From contig CM052816.1 of assembly GCA_028534125.1 (NCBI GenBank), forward strand, positions 68,822,001-68,886,000: DNA of 64,000 bases, read 5' to 3'. Shown piece by piece: positions 51,601-61,922 of this stretch; within the stretch, counting starts at the first letter, position 1; each line of letters starts with the position of its first letter. The notes under the pieces are model-generated. The model ran no database searches and was not told the origin of the DNA. It saw nothing but the letters and a program-made list of their open reading frames with translations. The stretch comes from Lama glama (taxonomy: Eukaryota). Position numbers and translations under genes: made by a program.

Positions 51601-54600
51601 TGTGAAGTGTTCTGCTGGGCAGTCTCCATCCTCTGACCCAATTTCCCATGCTACTGTGTCATTAGGATGACTGACTAGAATTAGCGGAATAGTATTCTTG
51701 TTAACAATAAATTCTGTAACTTTAATTTACAAGTTGAAGTGATAAAACTAATTAGAACAAATTTACACAGTAATAGCAATTAGATTGTGAATTTTTGTAA
51801 ATAAAATTGAAATTCACTTTTTAAACTTTATTGGCTAAAACTAAAGAAGTTTAAATGATGGCACATTGCTGAAAGTAGTTACCTAAATGTTTTGGCTTCT
51901 TATTTTCAGATTGTCTTAGCAACAAATATTGCAGAGACGGGTATCACTATTCCAGATGTTGTATTTGTAATTGATACTGGAAGAACAAAAGAAAATAAGT
52001 AAGTTTCAATTTCCCAAATCAAAACATTTTTACCTGAAAAGGGTTGGGACTCTTGAATTCTTAGGAGAAATCACAGAATCATAGCGAAAATCCCAAATGT
52101 CCTAATTCAGCTCAAAACAAAGTCTCAGAGAAACTATAGAAACTTTAAAATATCTGAGAGTAAATGTCAAAATTCATGCTATCAGTTTTCCCATAAGTAA
52201 TGTCAGTGTACTGCTACTGTTAGAAAAGTGCTGAGAAAATGTTCAGAACATAAATTTTTATAAATTTGTAAATAGTTTTATAAAAGCATTATTTGTGAAA
52301 GTATAGGAAAAGAACATGGGTTTTAGAATCAGAGTTGGATATAAATCTCTGATCTGTAATCTTGAGCAAGTAATGTGACCATCAGTTATAATCATCAGTT
52401 TCCTCATATGTAAATGAGGACAATTAAAATTTCATAGTTGAAAGTGCATAGTACAGTAATTGACACATATAATAGGTAACTTTACCTGAATCTTCAGTGC
52501 AAAGATTATTCCTTTATAAATGTTTTAATGTTCATATTGCATAAATAAGGTAGACTACCTTAGTGGTTTATTATAATCTACATACACTATCCTTAATATT
52601 TAGGTAACTAGCAATACTTGGAAATAAGGATGACTATTCAATACAAAATAAACCCTTGATTTTTTAAAATCATACCTTTAGAGGGAGTGTTTTCAGGGTT
52701 GAATTGTATCTTGTGAAAAATGCATTGAATTATAATGTTCACAGACGCATTTCTCAAACTCTTTCAAAGAATTCTTATTGCATAATTAATAGCCATTCCA
52801 CTGAAATCAAAAAGGTTCCATAGTCAGATTAATTTGGGAAAGGTTAAATTAAACAATTTTTTTCCTTGTGTCAGAGCTTTTAATTTGGTAATATGAGTTT
52901 TAGTATGCAGTATTTGCTAAATTATGTAAATATGAAACACAATTTGGAAAATGTTGGTCCACAGTGATAATAGACCTTTTTAATCTACAAATTAATTTTG
53001 AGTTAAATATTTCCAGTTTTTTCATATTTTTATTTAAGTCAATTATCTATATATTCTCTCCTAAAACACTTCTCTAGGTACCATGAAAGCAGTCAGATGA
53101 GTTCTTTGGTGGAGATATTTGTCAGCAAAGCAAGTGCTCTACAGCGCCAGGGGAGAGCTGGGCGGGTCAGAGATGGCTTCTGTTTCCGAATGTACACAAG
53201 AGAAAGGTATGGCATAGCCCAGACATTAAAAATGCATAAACCAGTACAGTGTGGCATTTCTAGTATTTAGTAGTATTTTATTTTATTTTCAGATTTGAAG
53301 GCTTTATGGACTTTAGTATTATGTGTATTTAGTAGTGTTTTATTTTATTTTCAGATTTGAAGGGTTTATGGACTATTCTGTCCCTGAAATCTTACGTGTG
53401 CCTTTGGAGGAATTATGTCTTCATATTATGGTAATCTGAAAAGAACTTGGATGAATTTTTTGTTCTTCACCCCTTTGTAGAAAAAAAAATTGCTCTAGAT
53501 TTTCAAGTATTTTATTTACGGTTCTTTAATAAATGTCTCTTCCCCCCACCTTTTATAAGTAAACCCACTGTGCTTCAAATCTGCCATAGGCACTCATACT
53601 TTATAGATTAAAATACAGTCTCATAACCTATACCAGTCGTCCTCAACTGGGAATGATATTGCTCACCAGGGGACCACTGGGAATGTTAAGAGACATTTTG
53701 GTTGTCAGAACCAGGGGGAGAGGGGAGCCATGCTATGGATATATAGTGGGTCGAGGCCAAGGATGCTGCTCAACATTCTACCATGAACAACACAGTCCCC
53801 TAAAACAAAGGATTGTCTGGCCCCAAATAACAACAGAGCTGGAATTGAGAACTCCTGACCTAGAACAAGGGCCTCCTAGTCTGAAAGATCTATAATATCC
53901 TTCAGTTACTAGATTTTTTTTTAAACATCTTTTATTAAAAGCTATGTTGTGTTCTTTTTTTTAAACATCTTTTATTAAAAGCTATGTTGTGTTCTTTTTT
54001 TAAACATCTTTTATTAAAAGCTATGTCAGTTACTAGATTTTTGATTCCATAAAAATCAGTAATGAAGAAACTAAAAATATAGACTAGAAGATCTCATCCT
54101 CATGTTTACACCCTTAACACGCACACACATTTATTGTCTTTGCTTAAAATTTTACTTAAATTTAGTTCTAGTTTGACTATCTCTTTGTTAATTTTTTCTG
54201 ATCATATACCAATTTATCACTTTTTCAATCTGCAGAAATGCAATCTTGGTTCTCCTGAAGATTTCCTCTCCAAAGCTTTAGATCCTCCTCAACTTCAAGT
54301 AATCAGCAATGCAATGAATTTACTCCGAAAAATTGGAGCTTGTGAACTAAATGAGCCTAAACTGACTCCACTGGGCCAACACCTAGCAGCTTTGCCCGTG
54401 AATGTCAAGATTGGCAAGATGCTTATTTTTGGTGCCATATTTGGTTGCCTTGATCCAGTGGTAAGACAAACACTGTTGCTTCTTCACTTTAAATATCGTT
54501 TTGGCTAGGAAAGTTTTAAGTTTGGCAACAACTTTTAACTTTTAATTTTTTAACTAAATAGAATGTCTGTCCTAACATTAATATCAGGAAATCTGAATGC

Positions 54601-57600
54601 TTGAGAATTTTTGAATATTTAACTTTTTATATTTATATACAAGAAAATATATTCATCCGTTTTTTTCATTTTACTTCAATACTCTTATTATCAATTTTAC
54701 CTAAGTGTATTGTAGGTACAGTTTTGTAGGAGGGTTTTGGTTTGTGTAGACTTTGCTATCAGACATCCCACTTGAAATATTAACTGAATACATAGTGGAT
54801 GATTCTTCGGGAGTTTTGAATTCCACACACAAGTGGAATCAAAACTTCCTCTTTTTTTTTTTTTTATCAAGCCAGCAATTACCAGCAATTCTGTTTTCTC
54901 AATTACCTCAGAATTAACACTTTGTACCTCTGTCTAAATCTCTTGGCTCGTATGCCTGCTATGCCATTCTAACTTTCCAGCATTATCAAGTTGTGACCTT
55001 TTCTGGGACTGCAAATCAAGGCTGTTTGAAAACGAAATGGAGAGAGTATGACTTACCTCTAGTATTAGAAATTCTCACCAGAATTATGCTGAGTCCAAGA
55101 AATAACCTCTCCCACGATAGTTGATCTGAAATCTGCAATAACAACAAATGGGCCATTATATAGTCCAGATTATTTAAGAAGTATTTAAAGAGTATTGCAG
55201 GCAATGGAAATTCAGACTAGGAGTCAGGATATCTGAGCCATCATTCAGCAACTGCTTGTAACTGTGTGACAGACTATAAATCACTTACTCATTTTTAAAA
55301 ATCTCTGATTGTGGTGATTCAACTTCCCTTTCTCACAAAGATGGTATAAAAATAAAGTGATATATTTTTCAAATTCCATAAAATGGAACAAAAAGCAATT
55401 AAAATGAAAATATGTTAGCTATTATAGAATATGATAAGTTGAAAAGAAACATGTAACCTGAAAGTGCAGTTGTTTTATGATTTGCTTTCTATTACAGATC
55501 AGCTTTCAATATATACCTCTTTAATGATAAATTTCTTGGTTATTTATGGATAGGCAACACTAGCTGCAGTTATGACAGAGAAGTCTCCTTTTACCACACC
55601 AATTGGTCGAAAAGATGAAGCAGATCTTGCAAAATCGGCTTTGGCTATGGCAGATTCAGACCATCTGACGATCTACAATGCATATCTGGGGTAAAGAAAT
55701 AATCTGAATGTTTTCAGTAGGTCAAACCTGAGGGTATTTACCTTTTAAAAAAATTTATCTTTGACTTTTATTAAAACGATGCATTTAAGATTTTAAATTT
55801 GCTTTTAGTTACTTAATCTGTCAAGGTATAAATTATTTTAGGGATTCATATTTTTATAATCCTAAAATTTAGGAATAATGTACTTTGTATTATTATATGT
55901 ATATTACATTGTATTTGAAGTTAATAATTTTCTGTTATACATAAACAAAAAGAATCTGTATTGTAGTTGAAACTCTTATATACAATTGGCTAGTTCCTAA
56001 AACAAGCAAAACCCTTCCTCTTTTTAAAGGATTATAAATTAATTAGGGCTTACTTTGGTTAGTACGTCTGAAAAAGAGAGTTTGAGAAGCAAACATACTA
56101 AACCTTGGTCATTTTTCTTACATAGATGGAAGAAAGCACGGGAAGAAGGAGGCTATCGTTCTGAAATAGCATATTGCCGGAGGAATTTTCTTAATAGAAC
56201 ATCACTGCTAACCCTAGAGGTAAATCTTAATACAACTATCTTAATTCAGCATCATATGTTTGACCAATAGGATTATTTTGGAAAAAGAAATGCCTGGGAT
56301 AGTGCTTGACACATAGTAAGGGTTTAATAAATATTTGCTGAATTAATAAATCTGTAATTTTTTGTTGTTGTTTTTCCCAACAGGTAACTGTATTACACAG
56401 TGATTCAAAATAGTATTTAGCAATCATAATATATTCAGGAAAGGATAAAAGATGCAACATGATTTCATAAAAATAACACTAGCTTGGGAATTAGGATAGC
56501 TGTCTGTTCAACAGCTCAGCTTGGGAGGAGTTTTTTTTTCAGGGGGAGGTTAATTATTCTAAGACTCAGTTCCTCATTTCAAAAAAAGGAATTGAATAGG
56601 GATTTTCTAGTTTTTCTCAACTCTGAAAATCAGTTGTTACTTTTTATTATTTTCAAACATACATAAAAGTAAACAAAATAATATAATGAACTCCTATGTC
56701 CCTATTTCCCACTTCCATAATTATCAACATCTGGTCAACCTTGTTTTACTTATACTCCCTTTATTCCACTATCTGCCCTCTAGATTATTTTGAAGCAAAT
56801 TCCAGGAGTCAGATTGTTACATATCTCTGAAGTATAGGATTCTTTTTTTCTTTAACATTACCATATCTTAAAAAAGTAATTCCTGTTGTCATCTCATCCA
56901 GTGCCTTGCTAAGTAGAAAGAATGGAACAGCAATAATAAAATGTCTTTCAATAAGTTAAGAAAAAAAATCCTTAATATCATCAGCTATACACTGTTTAAA
57001 TATCCCGGATAATCTTGTAAATGTTTTTTTAACAGCTAGTTCAAATCATGGTCCAAACAAGGTCCATACATTGAATAACGTCTCCTAAGTTTAGTACATC
57101 ATTTAAAGGGAAATGGTGTTTAGTGCAGACACGCTATAAAACTATTTAGAAAATAAATTTAATGTATTGTTCAATAATCCTGCTATTCTATACTCATATT
57201 TTAAAAGGTTAAAAAACTTTCTTATTTGCATATAATTTGACCCATTATTTCTTTGTGATTTAAAATAACTGCCGAGATGACAGCAAGGACTTCTTTAAGT
57301 GGAATGAACTTTGTCCTTGAAGCAGAAGGGATAAATTGAAGAATAGCCGCCTCTGGGCCAACTGACCGGGGTTCAAGATATGGAGAGCTAATCAGCACTC
57401 TTCTGTCTCTACTCCACTTCCTCCCAGCCTCCAAGTTGCCTCCTAGCCCCTTCTTTCTGTGAACCTTTTCCTAACCTCCCCTGGGCTGCAAGATTTTCAG
57501 TCTCTTCACCGGCCCTGCAGTATTACAGCAACTGTCTGTCTGGTCTTTCCTCCCCTGGAATTAAAATCCCTTAAGTCCCAAACCAGAAACTTAAAGGAAT

Positions 57601-60600
57601 TCCTAAATGTAAATGTCACGTTTTAATCATTTGTATCCTCTTTACTTTTAAAGATGCTCATCCTTCCTGTAGTATTTTAGGTGATTGGCACTGCTAGAGG
57701 TAGAAAAAGATTTTAGGCAACAAGTTTAGATTGTTGCCATTAATAAGCTTTGTCAGAATTCTTTAGGAAATTAGGGTGAGTGTCCCAGAGACAAGTGAAG
57801 ATCAGTCCTCTGTAATTCTTCCACAGTGTTCTCTGTGTGACCATACTTACCCAGTAACAATGGCAAAAGGAGAGCTACTATTGCAGTAAATATACTGAGT
57901 GAAAATGCATTCAAGCACATTTTTATTGCTCTCACATTTTAGACATTCTTACGTTTTATGTCTGAAGTCTTAGGGTAGCGGAATCAGGTGACTCCATTTA
58001 ATCCTTGACTTTCCGGTATCTTTTTTTCCTTCCTAATGTAATTTGGGCTACACTTAACTAAATAATAATTTGGCATCCTATCAGTTTTTTTAATTGAAGT
58101 ATGGTTGATTTATAACATTATATTTATTTTAAGTTGTATAGCATAGTGATTCAGTATTTTTATAGATTACACTCTATTAAAAGTCCTTACAAAATAATGG
58201 CAATAATTGCCTGTACTGTAGAATATATCCCAGTTGTTTGTCTGTTTTATACATACTAGTGTGTATCTTTTAATCCCATACCCCTGTCTTGCCCCTCCCC
58301 CTTTCCCCGCTGGTAACCACTAGTTTTCTATATCTGTGAGTCAGATTCTGTTTTGCTATATACATTTGTTTATATTTTAGATTCCACAAATAAGTGATAT
58401 CTTACAGTATTTGTCTTCTCTGACTTATTTACTAGCATAATACTTTCTAGGTCCATCATTGCTGCAAATGGCAGAATTTTTTTTTCATTTTTATTAAAGT
58501 TTTACTATAATAGGTATTTATGGAACTTGAGGAATAGTAATAAGACATTTCTTCACAAGTGTTGGCTGGTGCTAAACTTGAAAATAAACTGATATATTAA
58601 TAAAATGCAGAATCTGAAAAGTTTGCTAAACTTTAACAAAGTATTATTTATACAAAGAATAATGCACAGAGATATATACTTTATGCTGCTTGCTTTACTT
58701 AGTAATATGACAAACTAGGAAAATATTTAATGAATACTAGTATTTATAATAAGGCTAGAAATGAAAATGTTTAGCATGCCGCCACATTTCCACAAAGGCT
58801 TTTTTTAATTGAGGTATAGTTGATTTACAATACTTAGAAGTTTTAGGTGTGCCACATAGTGATTCAAAAGTTTTAAAAGTTATACTCCACTTATAGTTAT
58901 TCTAAAATATTAGCTATGTTCCATGCGCTGACAATATATTCTTGTAGCTTACTTGTTTTATTCATAGTAGTTTGTATCTCTTACCCTACCCTTTCTTGCC
59001 TCTCCTTCCTTCCATCTCCCTCCTGGTAACCACTAGTTTGTCCTTTATGTCTCTGAATCTGTTTCTTTTTTGTGTCATATTCACTAGTTTTATGTTTAGA
59101 TTCCACATAGAAGTGATAACATACAGCATTTGTCTTCCTCTGACTTATTTCAATAAGCATTAATACCCTCCAGGTCCATTCATGTAATAGCAAATGGCAA
59201 AATGTCATTCTTTTTATGGTGAAGTAATAGTCCATTACATATGTACAGCACATCTTCTTTAGCCATTTGTCTGTTGATGGACCTTTGGGTTGCTTCCATA
59301 TCTTGGCTATTGTATATAGTGCTGCTATGAACATTGAGGTGCATTTATCTTTTCAAATTAGTGTTTTCATTTTTTTCCAGATATTATACCTAGCGTGGAA
59401 TTGCTGGATCATGTAGTAATTCTATTTTTAGCTTTCTGGCATCCTATCAATTTTGATAGGAAATAGTAATATAAGGTTGTTTGGCAACTTCTCTGTTTCA
59501 ATCAGTTATGATCTTGTCTCTTTTTAACAAACCAATCTAGGATGTAAAGCAGGAGTTAATAAAGTTGGTTAAGGCAGCAGGATTTTCATCATCCACAACT
59601 TCTAATGGCTCAGAAGGAAACAGAGCCTTACAGACCCTTTCCTTCCAAGAAACTGCTCTTCTTAAAGCTGTACTGACCGCCGGACTGTATGACAATGTGG
59701 GGAAGATACTCTATACAAAATCAGTTGATGTTACAGAAAAATTGGCTTGCGTTGTGGAGACAGCCCAAGGCAAAGCACAAGTACATCCATCCTCAGTAAA
59801 TCGAGATTTGCAAACTTATGGATGGCTTTTATACCAGGAGAAGGTAAAGTGCCCATTCTTAAATTCCAGTATTCAAGGTATTATTCTGGAAGTCATAACA
59901 AGTTAGGATTCCCAACAAATACTACATTTGGTTCTTAAATTTTTTGAGCTATTCATTTTTGTTCCTGTTTGAAATCAAGCTGTATATGGTTTCTCAAAAA
60001 AACATATAATGTGCCTTTTTTCCACATGTCCAAATAAGGGAGATTATGGGATGGGATAGAACTACATATGATGTGGCAACAGTTTGAGTCACAGTGCAAT
60101 CTAAGATAATTTTAATAGCAAATATTTGTAGATTACAATTAAAACAGTCAACCTTTTGAACCATAGCTCATTAAATTAACAAAGACCGATAATTTCAAGC
60201 ACTGGCTTGAATAATTCCCAGCATATCATCAAACTTAAATGTAAAACGTGACAGATTCCTGACTAATGGCCATAGCTGAACATTGGTCTAGAAACCAGAC
60301 ACTCTGAAACTTAATCATAATTTTATTTTTACACTATTTAACAGCATTAGCATTATAAATTTACTTCTTCATAGTTCTATTTATGTTGAAGGTATATAAT
60401 TCAGCCTTACAGTTAATGTTTAAAATCCTTTTAATAGTATAAATGCCCAGGTGGTGATTGTGATTATAAAATTGACAAATTACACACATATGAGAATGTA
60501 GACATGTAGCTTTACAAAGCATGATTTAAAATATATAGTGGCAGATTACAGAAAAATGCATATGTAAAATAGACTAAATGAATTTCTTACATTTTTAGTC

Positions 60601-61922
60601 TGTGAAATGTTTCTAGTTTTGTTTTTTTTTCCTCTCTATTTTTCATGCAGATAAGGTATGCCCGAGTTTATCTGAGGGAAACTACCCTAATAACCCCTTT
60701 TCCAGTTTTACTTTTTGGTGGTGAAATAGAAGTTCAGCACCGGGAACGTCTTCTCTCTGTTGATGGCTGGATCTATTTTCAGGTACATGCTACAACTGAT
60801 TTTACTGATTACATTACAATTTCTACTTCTAGTATCACTGAGGTAGATTTTTTAAAAATTTTATTGGAGTTTGCATAATTTCTTCCTATAATTTGACTTA
60901 AAATAGAAGACTTCCTTATTGTATCTTATCTATATGGTTTTAAATCTGTTAAATTTGAAAATCAAATTATATTGCTATTACAGATTGCATTTATTGCCAG
61001 TAACAATTACAACTTGCCATGTGTTGTGTACAATAGTTAGCTTTACACAGATTATCCCAAATTTAATACCCTAACAATCTTGTTAGATAATTTCTATAGT
61101 TCCCTTTCTACAGACAAGGCATTTAAGCTCAAGTGAGAAGTTAAGTAATTTACCATTATTAATGGTAGAGCAAGATTTAAACCTAGAACTGTCTGATCCT
61201 CAGACTTATAATCCTTCCACTTATAATCCTTGTGCTGTAAAAAGATACAGACTCGTAGCTTTTCATGCATATTGTCAAATTCTTCTCTGGAAAAATCGAA
61301 CAACCAGCAATACTGGCAGTAAGTTTATTTCTCTGTAGCTCATCAACATTGACCAGTTTAAACTGAGTAAATCTAATACATTCTGCTGTAATATACCATG
61401 ATAACTGATTGTCTAAGACTGGAGATAAAAATTTTAAAGGCAACTTAAAAAATATATGCAATTCTTACAAAGAGGCTGAGGTGGTGGAAGTGTTCTGTAA
61501 TGAGATTGTGGTGATAGTTGCAATTTTCATCTCAAAAACTATAGTCTTCACTCCCACAGAGCTGATGTTAAGAAAACAGTAATTGAAATAATGGTTGCTT
61601 TATTTTGGAAAGAGATACCAAATGTATAGGTACTTAATAAGGAAATTGAGGTTTGTGTATCTTAGCTGCAGTGAGTAAGCTGCTTAAATTTTTCCCATAA
61701 CATTTTGTATTATATTAAAGTCTAGATGTGCACATCGTAAGGTATACATGCTTATCTTGATTTTATTTAGACACATTCACACTCCTGGGATTAACTTTGT
61801 CAAATCTGTCATCTCCTCTCAATAGGCACCTGTAAAGATAGCTGTCATTTTCAAACAGCTAAGAGTTCTCATTGATTCTGTTTTAAGAAAAAAGCTTGAA
61901 AATCCTAAGATGTCCCTTGAAA
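21452..61922 (+). CDS. DHX29: ATP-dependent DExH-box RNA helicase DHX29 (43S scanning factor); coding exons 1-26 joined, final exon not found in window
   Basis: 26 GT-AG exons total 4045 nt with consistent phases; motifs [42 protein letters not shown], then HA2/OB-type C-terminal region. Confidence 0.98.
22280..22730 (-). mobile_element. L2 relic
   Basis: aacaaatatttattga...gagaaagtgacggttaagctgagatct. Confidence 0.7.
23123..23622. other. Assembly gap of 500 N in DHX29 intron 1
   Basis: Run of n. Confidence 0.99.
24580..25160 (-). mobile_element. L2 relic
   Basis: tgtgtaccaggc...ctaggggata-like start and aaaagccctaagatggaaacaagcttgg. Confidence 0.6.
27297..27718 (+). mobile_element. Charlie1-type hAT relic
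   Basis: cagtggttctcaaagtg...gattgaatgcagaag...gagaccaaaggtttgaaaa. Confidence 0.75.
27800..28217 (+). mobile_element. MLT1-type (ERVL-MaLR) solo LTR
   Basis: tgtcccccaaaagttcgtgtccacctggaacctcagaat...ggcctccagaattgtgagag...ttgttacagcagcc. Confidence 0.85.
28651..28724 (+). CDS. DHX29: DHX29 exon 2
   Basis: atacag|; (G)[24 protein letters not shown]; |gtgagt. Confidence 0.94.
29811..29924 (+). CDS. DHX29: DHX29 exon 3
   Basis: [42 protein letters not shown] boundaries. Confidence 0.94.
30811..30940 (+). CDS. DHX29: DHX29 exon 4
   Basis: [43 protein letters not shown]; |gtaagc. Confidence 0.95.
31609..31754 (+). repeat. Perfect 73-bp tandem duplication spanning the exon 5 acceptor
   Basis: 31609-31681 is identical to 31682-31754. 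Confidence 0.97.
31749..31894 (+). CDS. DHX29: DHX29 exon 5 (downstream copy of a duplicated acceptor)
   Basis: (D)[25 protein letters not shown]...EEDPKIK; only the AG at 31747-31748 keeps frame. Confidence 0.92.
32040..32375 (-). mobile_element. MLT1-type LTR relic
   Basis: ctattgctacataacaaacc...ctgggctggctcagct. Confidence 0.65.
32383..32464 (-). mobile_element. 5'-truncated vic-1-like SINE
   Basis: Reverse strand reads gaggtcccgggttcaatc...aaacctaattacctcccc. Confidence 0.75.
32465..32900 (+). mobile_element. L1 3' UTR fragment
   Basis: catagaaacagagaatagaatggtagtt...gatgaataagttctagag. Confidence 0.8.
33227..33352 (+). CDS. DHX29: DHX29 exon 6
   Basis: [28 protein letters not shown]...ERFDP; |gtgagt. 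Confidence 0.94.
33740..34750 (+). mobile_element. Ancient L1 (L1ME/MC-like) 3' fragments
   Basis: aagtgttgggaggatgtggagcaactggaacactcatac...ttcctaggtattta. Confidence 0.75.
36246..36372 (+). CDS. DHX29: DHX29 exon 7
   Basis: [19 protein letters not shown]...KIRKFQR; |gtaaac. Confidence 0.93.
36492..36800. mobile_element. MER58-like hAT MITE
   Basis: ggcaaacttttt...actcagctctgc...gctggatttggcctgtaggccatagttt. Confidence 0.8.
37117..37275 (+). CDS. DHX29: DHX29 exon 8
   Basis: (E)[20 protein letters not shown]...APEEEK; |gtaaaa. Confidence 0.93.
38340..39383 (-). mobile_element. Tigger2-type TcMar transposon inside a MER3-like hAT MITE (about 38255-39495)
   Basis: Inverted termini cccttgaacaa / ttgttcaaggg with TA at both flanks; MER3-like halves rejoin as tagcca...ta|..agcacttgaaatgtg. 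Confidence 0.82.
39168..39312 (+). mobile_element. vic-1-like SINE nested in a Tigger2-type element
   Basis: gggtgtagcacaaatgg...gcttagcatgcatgaggtc...aaacctaattacctcccc plus A-rich tail. Confidence 0.85.
40010..40175 (+). CDS. DHX29: DHX29 exon 9
   Basis: [37 protein letters not shown]...RYWKC; |gtatgt. Confidence 0.95.
40434..40557 (+). CDS. DHX29: DHX29 exon 10
   Basis: (R)[41 protein letters not shown]; |gtgaga. Confidence 0.94.
41817..42425 (+). CDS. DHX29: DHX29 exon 11 (Gln tract, motifs I and Ia)
   Basis: [14 protein letters not shown]...[12 protein letters not shown]...[12 protein letters not shown]...GPGGK; |gtaagc. Confidence 0.97.
41961..41984 (+). repeat. Coding (CAG)5(CAA)2CAG tract encoding Gln8 in DHX29
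   Basis: Read directly in exon 11. Confidence 0.95.
43661..43804 (+). CDS. DHX29: DHX29 exon 12
   Basis: [33 protein letters not shown]...HVIVDE; |gtgagt. Confidence 0.96.
43990..44200 (-). mobile_element. MIR SINE (similar relics near 8910, 11960, 30190, 41440, 46530, 51440, 61010)
   Basis: Core ttatccctattttacagttgaggaaaccgaggcac...ggttaa. Confidence 0.85.
44953..45060 (+). mobile_element. Short tRNA-Ala-derived SINE (no acctaattacct tail)
   Basis: gggtatagctcagtggtagagcacatgcttagcatg...ggttcagtccccagtacctcc plus A-rich tail; degenerate TSD aaggtgtctaaaag / aagatgtcaaaaag. Confidence 0.85.
47433..47609 (+). CDS. DHX29: DHX29 exon 13
   Basis: [12 protein letters not shown]...[13 protein letters not shown]...GRSYPVE; completes DEVH, contains SAT. 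Confidence 0.96.
48019..48159 (+). CDS. DHX29: DHX29 exon 14
   Basis: [26 protein letters not shown]...NKYQ. Confidence 0.95.
49298..49442 (+). CDS. DHX29: DHX29 exon 15
   Basis: [20 protein letters not shown]...[13 protein letters not shown]; |gtatgt. Confidence 0.94.
49578..49695 (+). CDS. DHX29: DHX29 exon 16
   Basis: (D)[38 protein letters not shown]; motif IV (LIFLPG). Confidence 0.95.
50320..50404 (+). CDS. DHX29: DHX29 exon 17
   Basis: [28 protein letters not shown]. Confidence 0.95.
51910..51998 (+). CDS. DHX29: DHX29 exon 18
   Basis: [29 protein letters not shown]; motif V; |gtaagt. Confidence 0.96.
53078..53206 (+). CDS. DHX29: DHX29 exon 19
   Basis: [42 protein letters not shown]; motif VI. 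Confidence 0.96.
53263..53374 (+). repeat. Diverged 50-bp direct repeat (offset 62) spanning the exon 20 acceptor
   Basis: 53263-53312 and 53325-53374 match at 48 of 50 positions. Confidence 0.95.
53355..53430 (+). CDS. DHX29: DHX29 exon 20 (downstream copy of a duplicated acceptor)
   Basis: [25 protein letters not shown]; only the AG at 53353-53354 keeps the ORF. Confidence 0.93.
53634..53860. mobile_element. MER20-like hAT MITE
   Basis: cagtcgtcctcaactggg...gagacattttggttgtca...ggccaaggatgctgct...ttgagaactcctg. Confidence 0.8.
53902..54042. repeat. About three copies of a 39-40 bp unit between 17-bp direct repeats
   Basis: aaacatcttttattaaaagctatgt at 53923, 53963 and 54002; tcagttactagattttt at 53902 and 54026. 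Confidence 0.95.
54236..54460 (+). CDS. DHX29: DHX29 exon 21
   Basis: [18 protein letters not shown]...[13 protein letters not shown]...FGCLDPV; HA2-type sequence. Confidence 0.96.
55554..55690 (+). CDS. DHX29: DHX29 exon 22
   Basis: [45 protein letters not shown]. Confidence 0.95.
56126..56219 (+). CDS. DHX29: DHX29 exon 23
   Basis: [31 protein letters not shown]. Confidence 0.95.
58084..59436 (-). mobile_element. Composite L1 insertion: two L1 3' ends separated by about 310 bp of non-L1 DNA, all inside one TSD
   Basis: Two ttttttaattga(a/g)gtat 3' ends at 58085 and 58800; direct repeat tggcatcctatca at 58071-58083 and 59437-59449. Confidence 0.8.
59541..59843 (+). CDS. DHX29: DHX29 exon 24
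   Basis: [15 protein letters not shown]...AGLYDNVGK...VHPSSVN...LLYQEK. Confidence 0.96.
60651..60782 (+). CDS. DHX29: DHX29 exon 25
   Basis: [44 protein letters not shown]. Confidence 0.96.
61826..61922 (+). CDS. DHX29: DHX29 exon 26 (penultimate coding exon)
   Basis: [32 protein letters not shown]; |gtaagt with no stop codon, so a further exon follows. Confidence 0.95.

Noticed and set aside
53293..53354. Birth of a new intron between the duplicated exon 20 copies
   Set aside because: Available GT sites give introns of 39 nt or less with weak donors, too short for mammalian splicing
53902..54042. Repeat units of about 40 bp as a CRISPR-like array
   Set aside because: Eukaryotic intron, adjacent units with no unique spacers, no cas genes
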